DNA of 64,000 nucleotides from an uncultured delta proteobacterium (GCA_963715335.1 CAVQRZ010000014.1:170968-234967), one strand, 5' to 3'. Counted from the stretch's first letter, positions 53,408-62,049 are shown. Numbers and translations are program-made. Notes: generated from the letters alone by a model not told the origin.

Positions 53408-53646
53408 CAGTCCAGTTCCTCATCGCACTCTTCGACAGGCGTCTTCATACCGTCGATGATCGACTCCCTCATGCCGGGCACGGAATGCAGGTAGAGGGTC
53501 TCCTGCACGGCACGCCAATCATCCTCGGCAATCAGGACTGCGCTGTTGCGCTTGCCGGTGATCTGGATGGGCTCGTGCGATTCGGATACTTCGTCGAGGA
53601 GTTTGTAGAGAAGCTTTCTGGCCTCGGTTGCAGTAATCGTTGTCAT
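53404..53646 (-). CDS. yefM: Phd/YefM family antitoxin
   Basis: ITATEARKLLYKLLDEV..HEPIQITGKRN.AVL..ETLYL; GGAGGT RBS. Confidence 0.92.
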   Translation of the reverse strand: MTTITATEARKLLYKLLDEVSESHEPIQITGKRNSAVLIAEDDWRAVQETLYLHSVPGMRESIIDGMKTPVEECDEELDW

Positions 53647-53659
53647 TGACACCTCCTTT

Positions 53660-53699
53660 GCGTACGTTAAATCGTACGCCATTTGCGGGGCATTGTCAA
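53660..53699 (-). promoter_or_regulatory. yefM-yoeB promoter with overlapping palindromic operator
   Basis: Minus strand TTGACA-17nt-TACGAT; palindrome GCGTACG-ttaaat-CGTACGC at 53660-53679. Confidence 0.75.
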
Positions 53700-53715
53700 T
53701 CAGGTTTGTTGTGAG

Positions 53716-53820
53716 GGCAAACGGTTTGGAGCTGAGCTGCGGGTCACCGGGCGTGGAGTCGCTGTGTATTTTTCGAGAAGCAAGACCGTGATCCCCGTCA
53801 GCTCTTGCGATTGGTTAGGG
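53716..53820 (-). other. attC site
   Basis: Minus strand CCCTAAC-caatcg-CAAGAGCTGAC...GCAGCTCAGC-tccaaacc-GTTTGCC, 105 bp. Confidence 0.75.
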
Positions 53821-54052
53821 CCTGCTCCTGGGTATCGACGTAGGCATCGATCAGTTGCCGAATCATGCGCTGATATTGTGTATGGTGCTTGCACGCTTCC
53901 GTTTTGAAGAAATCGACACTCTTTTTGCTGAGCGCGATGGTCACCTTGACTGATTCTTCTCGGAAGGCCAGTTCCTCGGGAGAGGGGAGGAAATCGGAGA
54001 TCACCCTAAATTCCCCGAGGGGCTCATCGGTGTATTGAATTTTCTTGCTCAT
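53798..54052 (-). CDS. BrnA/CopG-like (RHH) antitoxin
   Basis: DFLPSPEEL...VKVTIALS..SVDFFK..A....YQRMIR; overlaps the BrnT gene. Confidence 0.85.
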   Translation of the reverse strand: MSKKIQYTDEPLGEFRVISDFLPSPEELAFREESVKVTIALSKKSVDFFKTEACKHHTQYQRMIRQLIDAYVDTQEQALTNRKS

Positions 54053-54308
54053 AAGTCACCTTTCCTTTTCGCCAGTATCCAGCCCCGATGATGCGGATGA
54101 CGTGTTCGCGGTAAGTAAATCGTACCGTGAGGATACCGCCAGCTACTTTGCCGAAACAGTAGTAGCGCCGTTCCTGATCGCTATGGGTTACGTCTGCGGC
54201 AATGACGCGGTGCGGGTCGGCGAAAGCATATTGGGCCTCGGAAAACTCAACGCCGTGTTTCTTCTGATTGTCTAAGTCTTTTTTCTGATCCCACTCGAAG
54301 CGCGTCAT
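54024..54308 (-). CDS. brnT: BrnT family toxin
   Basis: FEWDQKKD..N.KKHGVEF.EA..AF.D...ERR...ILTVRFTYR..IRIIGA. Confidence 0.9.
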   Translation of the reverse strand: MTRFEWDQKKDLDNQKKHGVEFSEAQYAFADPHRVIAADVTHSDQERRYYCFGKVAGGILTVRFTYREHVIRIIGAGYWRKGKVTYEQENSIHR

Positions 54309-54342
54309 TGTCACGGCAACATTCTATCACAAGATGGAGATA

Positions 54343-54376
54343 AAGCCATATTTATGTATGGCTTAAAGTATGGCTT
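54343..54376. promoter_or_regulatory. Probable operator of the brnT cassette
   Basis: AAGCCATA-tttatg-TATGGCTT plus a second TATGGCTT half-site. Confidence 0.55.
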
Positions 54377-54386
54377 GCTTCTATGG

Positions 54387-54495
54387 CTCTAACGGACCAA
54401 GCTAAGCGGGCTGGAACTGGTCCTTTTCAAGTGTGTAGAAAACTTTAAGCGAACCCCCCCTGTAACATCCAGTCCGCTTGAGCATTTGGTTAGCC
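54387..54495 (-). other. attC site (best preserved)
   Basis: Minus strand GGCTAAC-caaatg-CTCAAGCGGACTGGA...TCCAGCCCGCTTAGC-ttggtcc-GTTAGAG, 109 bp, starting 5 nt after the higA stop. Confidence 0.9.
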
Positions 54496-54499
54496 AATG

Positions 54500-54787
54500 T
54501 TAGCTCGCCAGGCGGAGCTTCTCGATTTTTTTATCAGGGCGGTTCAGCGCCAGGTCGTAGGTTGACTGAAGATTTATCCAGAACTCGGGGGTTGTGTCGA
54601 GAGCCTGAGCCAGTAGCCAGGCAGTCTCTGAAGTGATGCCCCTCTTGCCGCGCACAATTTCATTGATTCGCTGAACAGGAACCTTGATGTGCGCAGAGAA
54701 GGCCACCTGACTGACGCCGAGCTCGTCGAGGAACTCTTCTTTCAGGATTTTCCCAGGATGTGTCGGAGTGCGATTAGTTGGAATCAT
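54500..54787 (-). CDS. higA: HigA family antitoxin (HTH)
   Basis: PTHPGKILKEEFL...RINEIVRGKRGIT..TA..L...TTPEFWINLQ. Confidence 0.93.
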   Translation of the reverse strand: MIPTNRTPTHPGKILKEEFLDELGVSQVAFSAHIKVPVQRINEIVRGKRGITSETAWLLAQALDTTPEFWINLQSTYDLALNRPDKKIEKLRLAS

Positions 54788-54808
54788 GGTGATTCTCCTT
54801 GTTCTTTC

Positions 54809-55099
54809 TTAGTGGTAGTCGGCAAGTCGCACTTCATAGGCGTTGCCATCTTGCCACCGAAAAACGATTCGCCATTGATCGTTGACCCGAATGCTGAACA
54901 TGCCGGCAAGATCGCCCTGTAACGGCTCCAGGCGGTTCCCTGGAGGAGAACGCAAGTCCAGCACGTCGTGTGCTGCATTGATCATGTCGAGTTTGTTGAG
55001 GGCTCGTTTGGCTATTTCCGGTGGCAATCGCCGCAAATCTTTGTTTGCGGTGCCGTGATACAACGCTTCCGTCAATTTGTCACCAAACGATGAAATCAT
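54809..55099 (-). CDS. higB: HigB family (RelE-like) toxin
   Basis: MISSF.DK.TE...DLRSPPGNRLEPLQGD...SIRVNDQWRIVF.W...DYH. Confidence 0.93.
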   Translation of the reverse strand: MISSFGDKLTEALYHGTANKDLRRLPPEIAKRALNKLDMINAAHDVLDLRSPPGNRLEPLQGDLAGMFSIRVNDQWRIVFRWQDGNAYEVRLADYH

Positions 55100-55120
55100 G
55101 ATGTTGAACCCTCCAGAAAC

Positions 55121-55149
55121 ATTTTAACGTTTACACGGATACCGTGCAA
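55121..55149 (-). promoter_or_regulatory. higBA promoter with palindromic operator
   Basis: Minus strand TTGCAC-17nt-TAAAAT, overlapping CACGG-ata-CCGTG. Confidence 0.7.
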
Positions 55150-55177
55150 CCATGAAATTAAAAGTTGATGCGTTGTT

Positions 55178-55234
55178 ATTGGCTAACATAGCTTCTACGG
55201 GTGAGTACGCTAGATAGAGCGACGCATGTAGAAG
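55178..55234 (-). other. Putative attI region (crossover G|TT at 55187/55186)
   Basis: Minus strand GTTAGCCAAT is the exact complement of ATTGGCTAAC at the R'' end of the first attC; lies between the first cassette and the divergent intI remnant; no attC body upstream. Confidence 0.7.
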
Positions 55235-55466
55235 TTTAAGTTTTCGTCGGCAAGTCTCCTAAAAACAAACCAAACCGACAGTGTGAATACAAAAATATCC
55301 AGAACAAAAAAAGAGTTAAGCTCGTTAGTTTGTTCTGGATATGCTCAACAAATTCCCCTCAGTGTTCGTGTGCAATTTTCGGGTGACAGAGTTCACTGAT
55401 TTCGCTATCTTAGCCACATTTAATGCCTTTGGCAATTGTTATCGATTCACCACACAGGAGGGAACC

Positions 55467-55555
55467 ATGCAGAAGCCACGTCTGTTGGACCAGAAGTGTG
55501 CCGGGTTCGTCATTACAGCCCCCGTACCGAAAAAACCTGCATCCACTGGTACAAA
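55467..55555 (+). pseudogene. intI: Integron integrase 5' remnant (frameshifted, truncated)
   Basis: AGGAGG RBS; MQKPRLLDQ, then in another frame EVCRVRHYSPRTEKTCIHWYK, matching the IntI N-terminal pattern PRLLDQVR...RHYS.RTE..Y..W. Confidence 0.8.
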
Positions 55556-55707
55556 AATGATCAGACTTGGGATGAGGACAGTCAAAAAAATTTGAGGCAC
55601 TGGCTAAAGATGAAGTCACTGAGTCTATTGAAAGTAGCCTCGGAAGTTGTATCATTGCAGCTTGTTGATGACATTATTCCCCCCCATATCAGAGAAGGAG
55701 TTCTGCA

Positions 55708-56832
55708 ATGCACAAGATGTTCTGCCGTTTGATTCAACTGTTATCGGTTGTCGTCTGCCTGACAGCCCTGCTCGCCTGCGGCGAGCAGCAGTCCACGTCT
55801 CCCGAGGTTGCCCAGAAGGCGGCGGAACCGGAGAGGCAGGTCTACAACTGGAAGCTGGCCATGACCTGGCCGGACAACTTCCCGATCTTCAGCGACGCGG
55901 TCAAAAACGTCGCTGACAAGGTCAAGGTCATGTCCAAAGGCGAGCTGCTTATCGACATCGACGGCGCCAACAAGCACAAGGCGGCGCTCGGTGTACTCGA
56001 CATGGTCAACGCCGGCCAGTACCAGATGGGGCACACCGCCTCCTACTACTGGAAGGGCAAGGACCCCAGCACCATGTTTTTCACCACCATGCCATTCGGT
56101 ATGACAGCGCCGGAGCAGTACGCCTGGTTCTATTACGGCGGCGGCATGGAGCTGATGCAGAAGGTTTTTGCCAAGCACGGTGTCTATTCTTTCCCCGGCG
56201 GCAACACCGGCGTCCAGATGGGCGGCTGGTTCCGCAAGGAGATCAGGACCCTCGACGACCTGAAGGGGCTGAAGATGCGCATCCCCGGCTTCGCCGGCGA
56301 GATCTTCGCCAAGCTGGGCGTCGCCGTCACCAACATCCCGCCGGGCGAGCTCTACACGTCATTGGACCGCGGCACGATCGACGCGCTCGAGTGGGTGGGG
56401 CCGGCCCTCGACCTGAAGATGGGGTTCCAGAAGATCGCACCCTACTACTACACGGGATGGCATGAGCCGGCTTCCGAGCTGCAGTTCCTGGTCAACCGCA
56501 AGGCGTTCGACGAGCTGCCGGCGCATCTGCAGGAGATCCTCGTGACCGCCATGAAGGCCGAGACACTCGATGCCTACGCGCGGATGTTCAATGACAATGC
56601 GGTCAACTTTGCCGCGATCCGTACCGACTACCCGGAGGTCAAGATCAAGACTTTTTCTCCGCAGATCCTGGATGCCATGAAAGCAGCGAATAACCAGCTG
56701 CTCGAGGAAGCGGCGGCCAAGGATGAGCAGTTCAGGGAGATTCTCGACTCGCAGCGGGCCTACCAGGCCAAGGCCCGTGCGTGGACTGTCATATCTGATT
56801 ATGCCTATGTGAAGGACAACCAGGGCGAGTAG
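55708..56832 (+). CDS. TRAP transporter substrate-binding lipoprotein (DctP/TakP-like)
   Basis: Lipobox LLAC, YYWKGK, GNTGVQMGGWFRKEI, GLKMRIPG, GWHEP. Confidence 0.93.
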   Translation: MHKMFCRLIQLLSVVVCLTALLACGEQQSTSPEVAQKAAEPERQVYNWKLAMTWPDNFPIFSDAVKNVADKVKVMSKGELLIDIDGANKHKAALGVLDMVNAGQYQMGHTASYYWKGKDPSTMFFTTMPFGMTAPEQYAWFYYGGGMELMQKVFAKHGVYSFPGGNTGVQMGGWFRKEIRTLDDLKGLKMRIPGFAGEIFAKLGVAVTNIPPGELYTSLDRGTIDALEWVGPALDLKMGFQKIAPYYYTGWHEPASELQFLVNRKAFDELPAHLQEILVTAMKAETLDAYARMFNDNAVNFAAIRTDYPEVKIKTFSPQILDAMKAANNQLLEEAAAKDEQFREILDSQRAYQAKARAWTVISDYAYVKDNQGE

Positions 56833-56910
56833 TAAACTTGTTGTGATTCAAGGGGAGGGCAACAGATGGTTAATCTGTTGCCCTATTTTGTGCTTTGAAA
56901 TTCTAAAAAC

Positions 56911-57399
56911 AAAAGCAAAACCCGGGGGTCGCGCCCCCCGACTGCGCCTTACTCTTTTGCTGGCCCAAAAGAGTAAGCAGAAAAGTGCCTGCACCTAGCG
57001 GTGGGCATATTCCTTTGCCAGTTTCAGGTGATTTCTTTCAGTAATAGTGTATGGGATCCGGCCCGTTACAGGGGGCCTCACGGTACTGCCGTTATGAGTG
57101 GATTTGTGAAAATAAACTGAGTACTCGATGTGCCACTGGTGGGGCGCGTAGAGGGCCTCATAAGCGTTATGAATGTGGAGACTTGTATCGGTCGTAATGT
57201 TTTTAAGCTTTTCCCTTGTAAGTCACACAGAAAGGTCAGGCCCTTTGTCACAGGGCCGGATCCCCATCGCAGTTGGTTTTTGAAGTCACGGAAATCCGGC
57301 GGAGGAGATGCCCTCCGCAAGGAGAAGGCACTTTTGCATACTTTTGTTGCCGGACAAAAGTATGGCGTCTGGCGGGACGCGACCCGCCGGTCTTGCTTT
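56911..57399 (+). repeat. Dispersed structured element, copy C (variant centre, two complete inverted modules)
   Basis: First ~80 nt and last ~220 nt match copy A; 56981-57081 is a diverged inverted copy of the right-arm module. Confidence 0.88.
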
Positions 57400-57549
57400 A
57401 AAGAATTTAAACATAAAGTGGAGAGGACAACAGATGGTTACCATCTGTTGTCCTCTCCATACTGAAGCCTGCCTTTCTTTGTTTGACTTGCCCGGGTGGC
57501 TGTTGTAGTAATTCTGGACACAGCCAATTGATGAATTTGGAGAATCGCA

Positions 57550-57720
57550 ATGCCCCTGTCCAAAGACCTGCTTGAAATCCTCGCCTGCCCGCAGTGCAAG
57601 GGCGAGATCGTGCCCGACGAAACACATGCGAACCTGATCTGCGCCGCCTGCAGGCTGGCCTACCCGGTGCGTGACGATATCCCGGTGATGCTGATCGACG
57701 AAGCCCGGCCGCTTGAATAA
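57550..57720 (+). CDS. Trm112/YcaR family small protein (56 aa)
   Basis: [18 protein letters not shown]...[28 protein letters not shown]; below the ORF-track cutoff. Confidence 0.92.
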   Translation: MPLSKDLLEILACPQCKGEIVPDETHANLICAACRLAYPVRDDIPVMLIDEARPLE

Positions 57721-57784
57721 CGATCGCATTGTGACCCCAAAGTTGATTTGTCATCCTCCCCTCGCTCGTCCTACAATGTGACCG

Positions 57785-59513
57785 ATGTCACGCCACCTGA
57801 TCGAAAAATACCGCCAGCGAGCGGCCGGGGAGACCGGCGCCTGCGCCAGCCCTCGCGGCGGCCGGCTGACGGTGGCCCTGGTTTACCCGAACACCTACCA
57901 CCAGGGGATGAGCAACCTCGGCCTGCAGACCGTCTACCGGATGCTCAACGGCCGCGACGACACCCTCTGCGAGAGGTTTTTCCTCCCCGACCCGGAAGAC
58001 CTCGACGAACACCGCCGCACCGGTTTTCCGCTGGTGTCGATCGAAACCCAAAGCCCCCTCGCCGGGTTCGACCTGGTGGCCTTCTCCCTCTCCTTCGAAA
58101 ACGATTACCTGAACCTGCCGGCAATTTTCGAGCTTGGCCACCTGCCTCTCTGGCGCGAAGAACGCAATGATCGCCATCCATTGGTGTTGTGCGGCGGCGT
58201 CTGCGCCTTTTTGAACCCTGAGCCACTGGCCGAAATCATGGACCTGTTTGCGGTCGGCGAGGCGGAGGTGACTTCTGCCCGACTTGCTCGATACCATGCT
58301 CGGCGGGGAGGCCCGTCGCCGCGACCAGTTGCTGGCCCGGCTTGCGCAGCTACCGGGAATCTACCTGCCTTCCGGCTACAGCCCCAGCTATCGAGAGGAT
58401 GGGCAGTTGCAGGCGATGACGCCGTTCGCCGACTACCCGGAGCTGGTGCAGCGGCAGTGGCAGGCGCAGCTAGACGACAGCCAGAGCAGCACCTGCGTCG
58501 CGACACCGGATACGGAATTCGGCAGCATGCGCCTGGTCGAAGTCTCGCGCGGCTGCCCGCGGGCCTGCCGTTTCTGTGCGGCGGGGTTTATCTACCGGCC
58601 GTTCCGGGAACATTCCGTTGCCCACCTGCAAAGTGAATTGCTCGGCGCAGAGCGGAAGCCGGGCCGGGTCGGACTGGTTGCTGCAGCGGTCTCCGATTAC
58701 GCTGCCATGGCGGAGCTTGGCCAGACCGTGCTTGACGCGGGCGGCGAGGTCTCGGTCTCCAGTGTCCGCATCGATGCGATCACCCCGGAACAGGTTCGGG
58801 TGCTGGTCGGGTCGGGGCACAAGACCCTGGCTCTGGCGCCGGAAGCCGGCAGTCAGCGGATGCGGGATGTGATCAATAAGGGGATCGACGAGGCGCAGAT
58901 CCTCGCCGCGGTCAGGATGCTGGCGGAGGGTGGTATTTTGAACCTCAAGCTGTACTTCATGATTGGCCTGCCGACCGAGACCCTTGACGATGTACAGGCG
59001 ATCATCGACCTGACCGCGAAAATCCGCCTGGCATGGGAGGAGATCGGCAAAGCACAGGGTCGGCTCGGCCGCCTGCAGCTTTCGGTCAATCCGTTCGTGC
59101 CCAAGCCGTGGACGCCGCTGCAGTGGGCGATGATGGAACCTCGCAACTCACTGGAGAAGAAGTACCGGCTGTTGCAGAAACGGCTGCGTCCCATGCCGAA
59201 TGTCGACCTGAACTTCGAATCGCTGCGGCATGCCGAGATCCAGGGGTTCCTCGCCCGTGGTGACCGCCGGATCGCCCGGGTCCTGCCGTCCCTCGCCGCA
59301 GGCGACAGCCTCAAAGCGGCCTGCAAACAGGCCGGTCTTGATCCGGCCTTCTACCTGTCCCGCGAGCGCAATGCCGATGAACTCTTCCCCTGGGAGATTA
59401 TCGGCCAGGGCGTGCAGCGTCATCACCTGTACGAAGAATACCGGAACGCCCTGCAGGCACGAACGGGCTACACCTGTCATCCCGGCTGCCGACGCTGCGG
59501 GATGTCCTGTTGA
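57785..59513 (+). CDS. B12-binding-domain-like radical SAM protein, split by one extra base near 58272
   Basis: YPNTYHQGMSNLG, FSLSFENDY, VGEAE / frameshift / EVSRGCPRACRFC, APEAGSQRMR, KLYFMIGLPTET. Confidence 0.85.
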
Positions 59514-59565
59514 TTTGCCATTGAACTCGCCTTCGACTCATGGCGCCGACTGCTGTCAGTTAAGC

Positions 59566-59829
59566 CCCCCGCGGGACTCGAGGCTCTTGAGAGCCTCTCC
59601 TGCTGTGGAGACTTGCGTTGATAGAGGTTTTTTTGGCTTTCCCCTTCTAAATCACACGGAAAGGTCAGGCCCTTTGACACAGGGCCGGATCTCCATCACA
59701 GCAGGTACTTGAAGACACAGAAATCCGGCAAGGGAGATGCCCTCCGCAAGGAGACGGCACTTTTGCATACTTTTGTTGCCGGACAAAAGTATGGCGTCGG
59801 GCGGGACGCGACCCGCCGGTTTCGCTTTT
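59566..59829 (+). repeat. Dispersed structured element, copy D (right part only)
   Basis: Colinear with about 2637-2899 of copy A; left terminal arm absent. Confidence 0.88.
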
Positions 59830-59988
59830 GATTTTATTTTTCGTCACATTCGTAACGGATATAAGCCCCATAATTCTAAATAGCTCCCTGTGGCATCTCC
59901 GCTCGTCATCCGCTATACTGCATTCCTGCGCCAATGAAGACTGCTCAGCGACAATCAATCGATATCATCTCTCCAAAGGAGCACACCC

Positions 59989-60762
59989 ATGCCCGAATCA
60001 ATCCTGCTGCTGGAAAAAGACGCCGCCATCGCAACAATCACATTCAATAACCCCAAAGCTCTCAACGCCTTGACCCTGGAGACCTTTGCCGGGCTGGAGA
60101 GACTGTTCAATGAGCTGGAAACCGACGCCGGTGTCCGCGTGATCATCCTTACCGGCGCCGGCGACAAGGCGTTTGTTGCCGGTGGCGATATCAGTCACCT
60201 GGCCAGTCTCGACGCCGATGGCGCCCGGCAATTCGCCTTGCTCGCGCAGCGCGTCATCGACCGGATCGAGGCTTTTCCCAAGCCGGTGATCGCCGCGATC
60301 AACGGCTACTGCCTGGGCGGTGGCAACGAGCTTGCCATGGGCTGCGACCTGCGGATTGCCGCCGACTCGGCGAAGTTCGGCCAGCCCGAAGTCAAGCTCG
60401 GCATTATCCCGGGGTTCGCCGGCACCCAGCGCCTGTCCCGGCTGGTCGGCAAGGGTCGGGCCAAGGAGATGATTTTCACCGGCGAGATGATCGGTGCCGA
60501 TGAAGCCTGTCGGATCGGTCTGGTCAACCGCGTGGTCGCCAGGGACCGGCTGTTGGAAGAGGCAAAAGCCCTGGCGATGAAGATGTGCGACAAGAGCGCA
60601 TCGGCGATCAGTCTATCCAAGGAGGCGATCGACAACGGCCTGGAGATGGATTTTGCCCGCGCCGAGCGTTACGAGGCCGACCTGTTCGCACTCAGTTTCA
60701 CGACCGCGGATTGCAAGGAGGGGATCAGCGCCTTCCTGGAGAAGCGGCCGGCGAAATTCTGA
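59989..60762 (+). CDS. Enoyl-CoA hydratase (crotonase family)
   Basis: AFVAGGDI, AINGYCLGGGNELA, FGQPEVKLGIIPG. Confidence 0.93.
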   Translation: MPESILLLEKDAAIATITFNNPKALNALTLETFAGLERLFNELETDAGVRVIILTGAGDKAFVAGGDISHLASLDADGARQFALLAQRVIDRIEAFPKPVIAAINGYCLGGGNELAMGCDLRIAADSAKFGQPEVKLGIIPGFAGTQRLSRLVGKGRAKEMIFTGEMIGADEACRIGLVNRVVARDRLLEEAKALAMKMCDKSASAISLSKEAIDNGLEMDFARAERYEADLFALSFTTADCKEGISAFLEKRPAKF

Positions 60763-60963
60763 GTTGCTTGCGCATCGAAATGTCTTTCTGTGCGGGTTCT
60801 TTGCTTGCGATTCTTGCCTACGACAGCTCCGGCCTGCCGGCTTGTTTCGCCATCGATCGTGACAAATCGTGGTAAAATGACGGTGTCCTGAGAACGAAAG
60901 GTCCGGTTAATGAATCTCCTCCGTTTCCGAATTCACTACGCTGTCATGGTCGCTGTTCCCTTG

Positions 60964-61029
60964 GGTGCGCTGTATGTCAGCGATGACAAAGCGGGGATGA
61001 TCTATCGGATCAGTTACAAGGGTGCGTAA
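60964..61029 (+). pseudogene. 3' remnant of a PQQ-dependent sugar/sorbosone dehydrogenase-like gene
   Basis: GALYVSDDKAGMIYRISYKGA* resembles the C-terminal beta-propeller blade of this family; the rest of the gene is absent. Confidence 0.6.
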
Positions 61030-61192
61030 TAAAGAGCTATAACATAAAGAGGGCCGTCACCTTTGACCGGCTGCGCTTAATCGGTATTGATCGTTTACGA
61101 AATCGATATTATCAATTTGCATCACTGGTGCGCAAAGTGTATTTTGCATGACTGAGACACGTACGGTGCAGAACACTCTGGAGGAAAGTATT

Positions 61193-61624
61193 ATGTCTTT
61201 TTCACGCTATTGTTCCTTTCTGCTGTTGGCAATTCTGCTGGTTTTCAGTGTCGCCTGGGCCGGCGAGGGGAAATATAACTACATAAGTGCCAAAGATCTT
61301 GAGGCCCGCCTGAACGCCAGCCAGCCAACCAATATCGTTGATATTCAGGTTGAAGAAGAGTTCTCACAACATCACATCAAGGGGGCCATCCCCACCTACG
61401 CTTATCCTGTCAAAAGCGACGATGACCGCGCCAAAATTGACACCACGGTCGAACAACTTCGGACCAACGCCGACCCCGTGGTCATCGTCTGTCCGCGTGG
61501 TGCTGGCGGTGCTACACGTACTTACGACTACCTGTTACAGCACGGGATATCCGTCGAGCGTCTCTTGATCCTGGAAAAAGGTCAGGAGGGATGGGCCTGC
61601 GCACCACTTACTGAGAAGCAGTAA
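61193..61624 (+). CDS. Secreted rhodanese-like domain protein
   Basis: Signal peptide, IVDIQ..EF...HIKGA, VIVCPRG, LEKG..GW; GGAGG RBS. Confidence 0.88.
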   Translation: MSFSRYCSFLLLAILLVFSVAWAGEGKYNYISAKDLEARLNASQPTNIVDIQVEEEFSQHHIKGAIPTYAYPVKSDDDRAKIDTTVEQLRTNADPVVIVCPRGAGGATRTYDYLLQHGISVERLLILEKGQEGWACAPLTEKQ

Positions 61625-61806
61625 ATTCAACTTTTCCATTCTGGCTATCCATAATCAGCCAGCTCTCGTCCCGGCAGTGCGGACTAAAGAGGAAAATGGC
61701 CACTCGGAATCGATCCAGGTGGCCATCGTTTTGTGTGTCAGCACCGAGGTTTTTAGGCCTATAATAATTTTGTCCATTACCAAAATTCTATTCAGAGTGC
61801 CCTCAA

Positions 61807-62049
61807 ATGGCTGAAGACCCAATTACTTTTATGGCGGGAATGGTGATAATTTTCACCCATGTCTGGATGGCAATCATGGCAAGGGATGATTCCAGGGCAA
61901 AAGGCTTTGAGGCGCTGCTTTTTTTGTGTTGTCCACCATTCGCCCTTTTGTATTATATGCGAATGCCAAAAAGGAAGAGGAATAGGATTGATTGCCTGCA
62001 CTGGATATTTCTAGCGTCTTTAACTGTTGTTATATACAGGGTCTATTAG
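61807..62049 (+). CDS. Small hypothetical membrane protein in an AT-rich patch
   Basis: 80-aa ORF with three hydrophobic segments; no recognised family. Confidence 0.4.
   Translation: MAEDPITFMAGMVIIFTHVWMAIMARDDSRAKGFEALLFLCCPPFALLYYMRMPKRKRNRIDCLHWIFLASLTVVIYRVY

Noticed and set aside
55341..55732. ORFs 55341-55595 and 55436-55732 as real genes
   Set aside because: Each contains one half of the frameshifted intI stub embedded in otherwise non-coding-looking sequence.
58260..58290. Programmed frameshift in the radical SAM gene
   Set aside because: No slippery sequence; a single extra base, as in trmD and the SphA-like gene, is more simply an assembly error.
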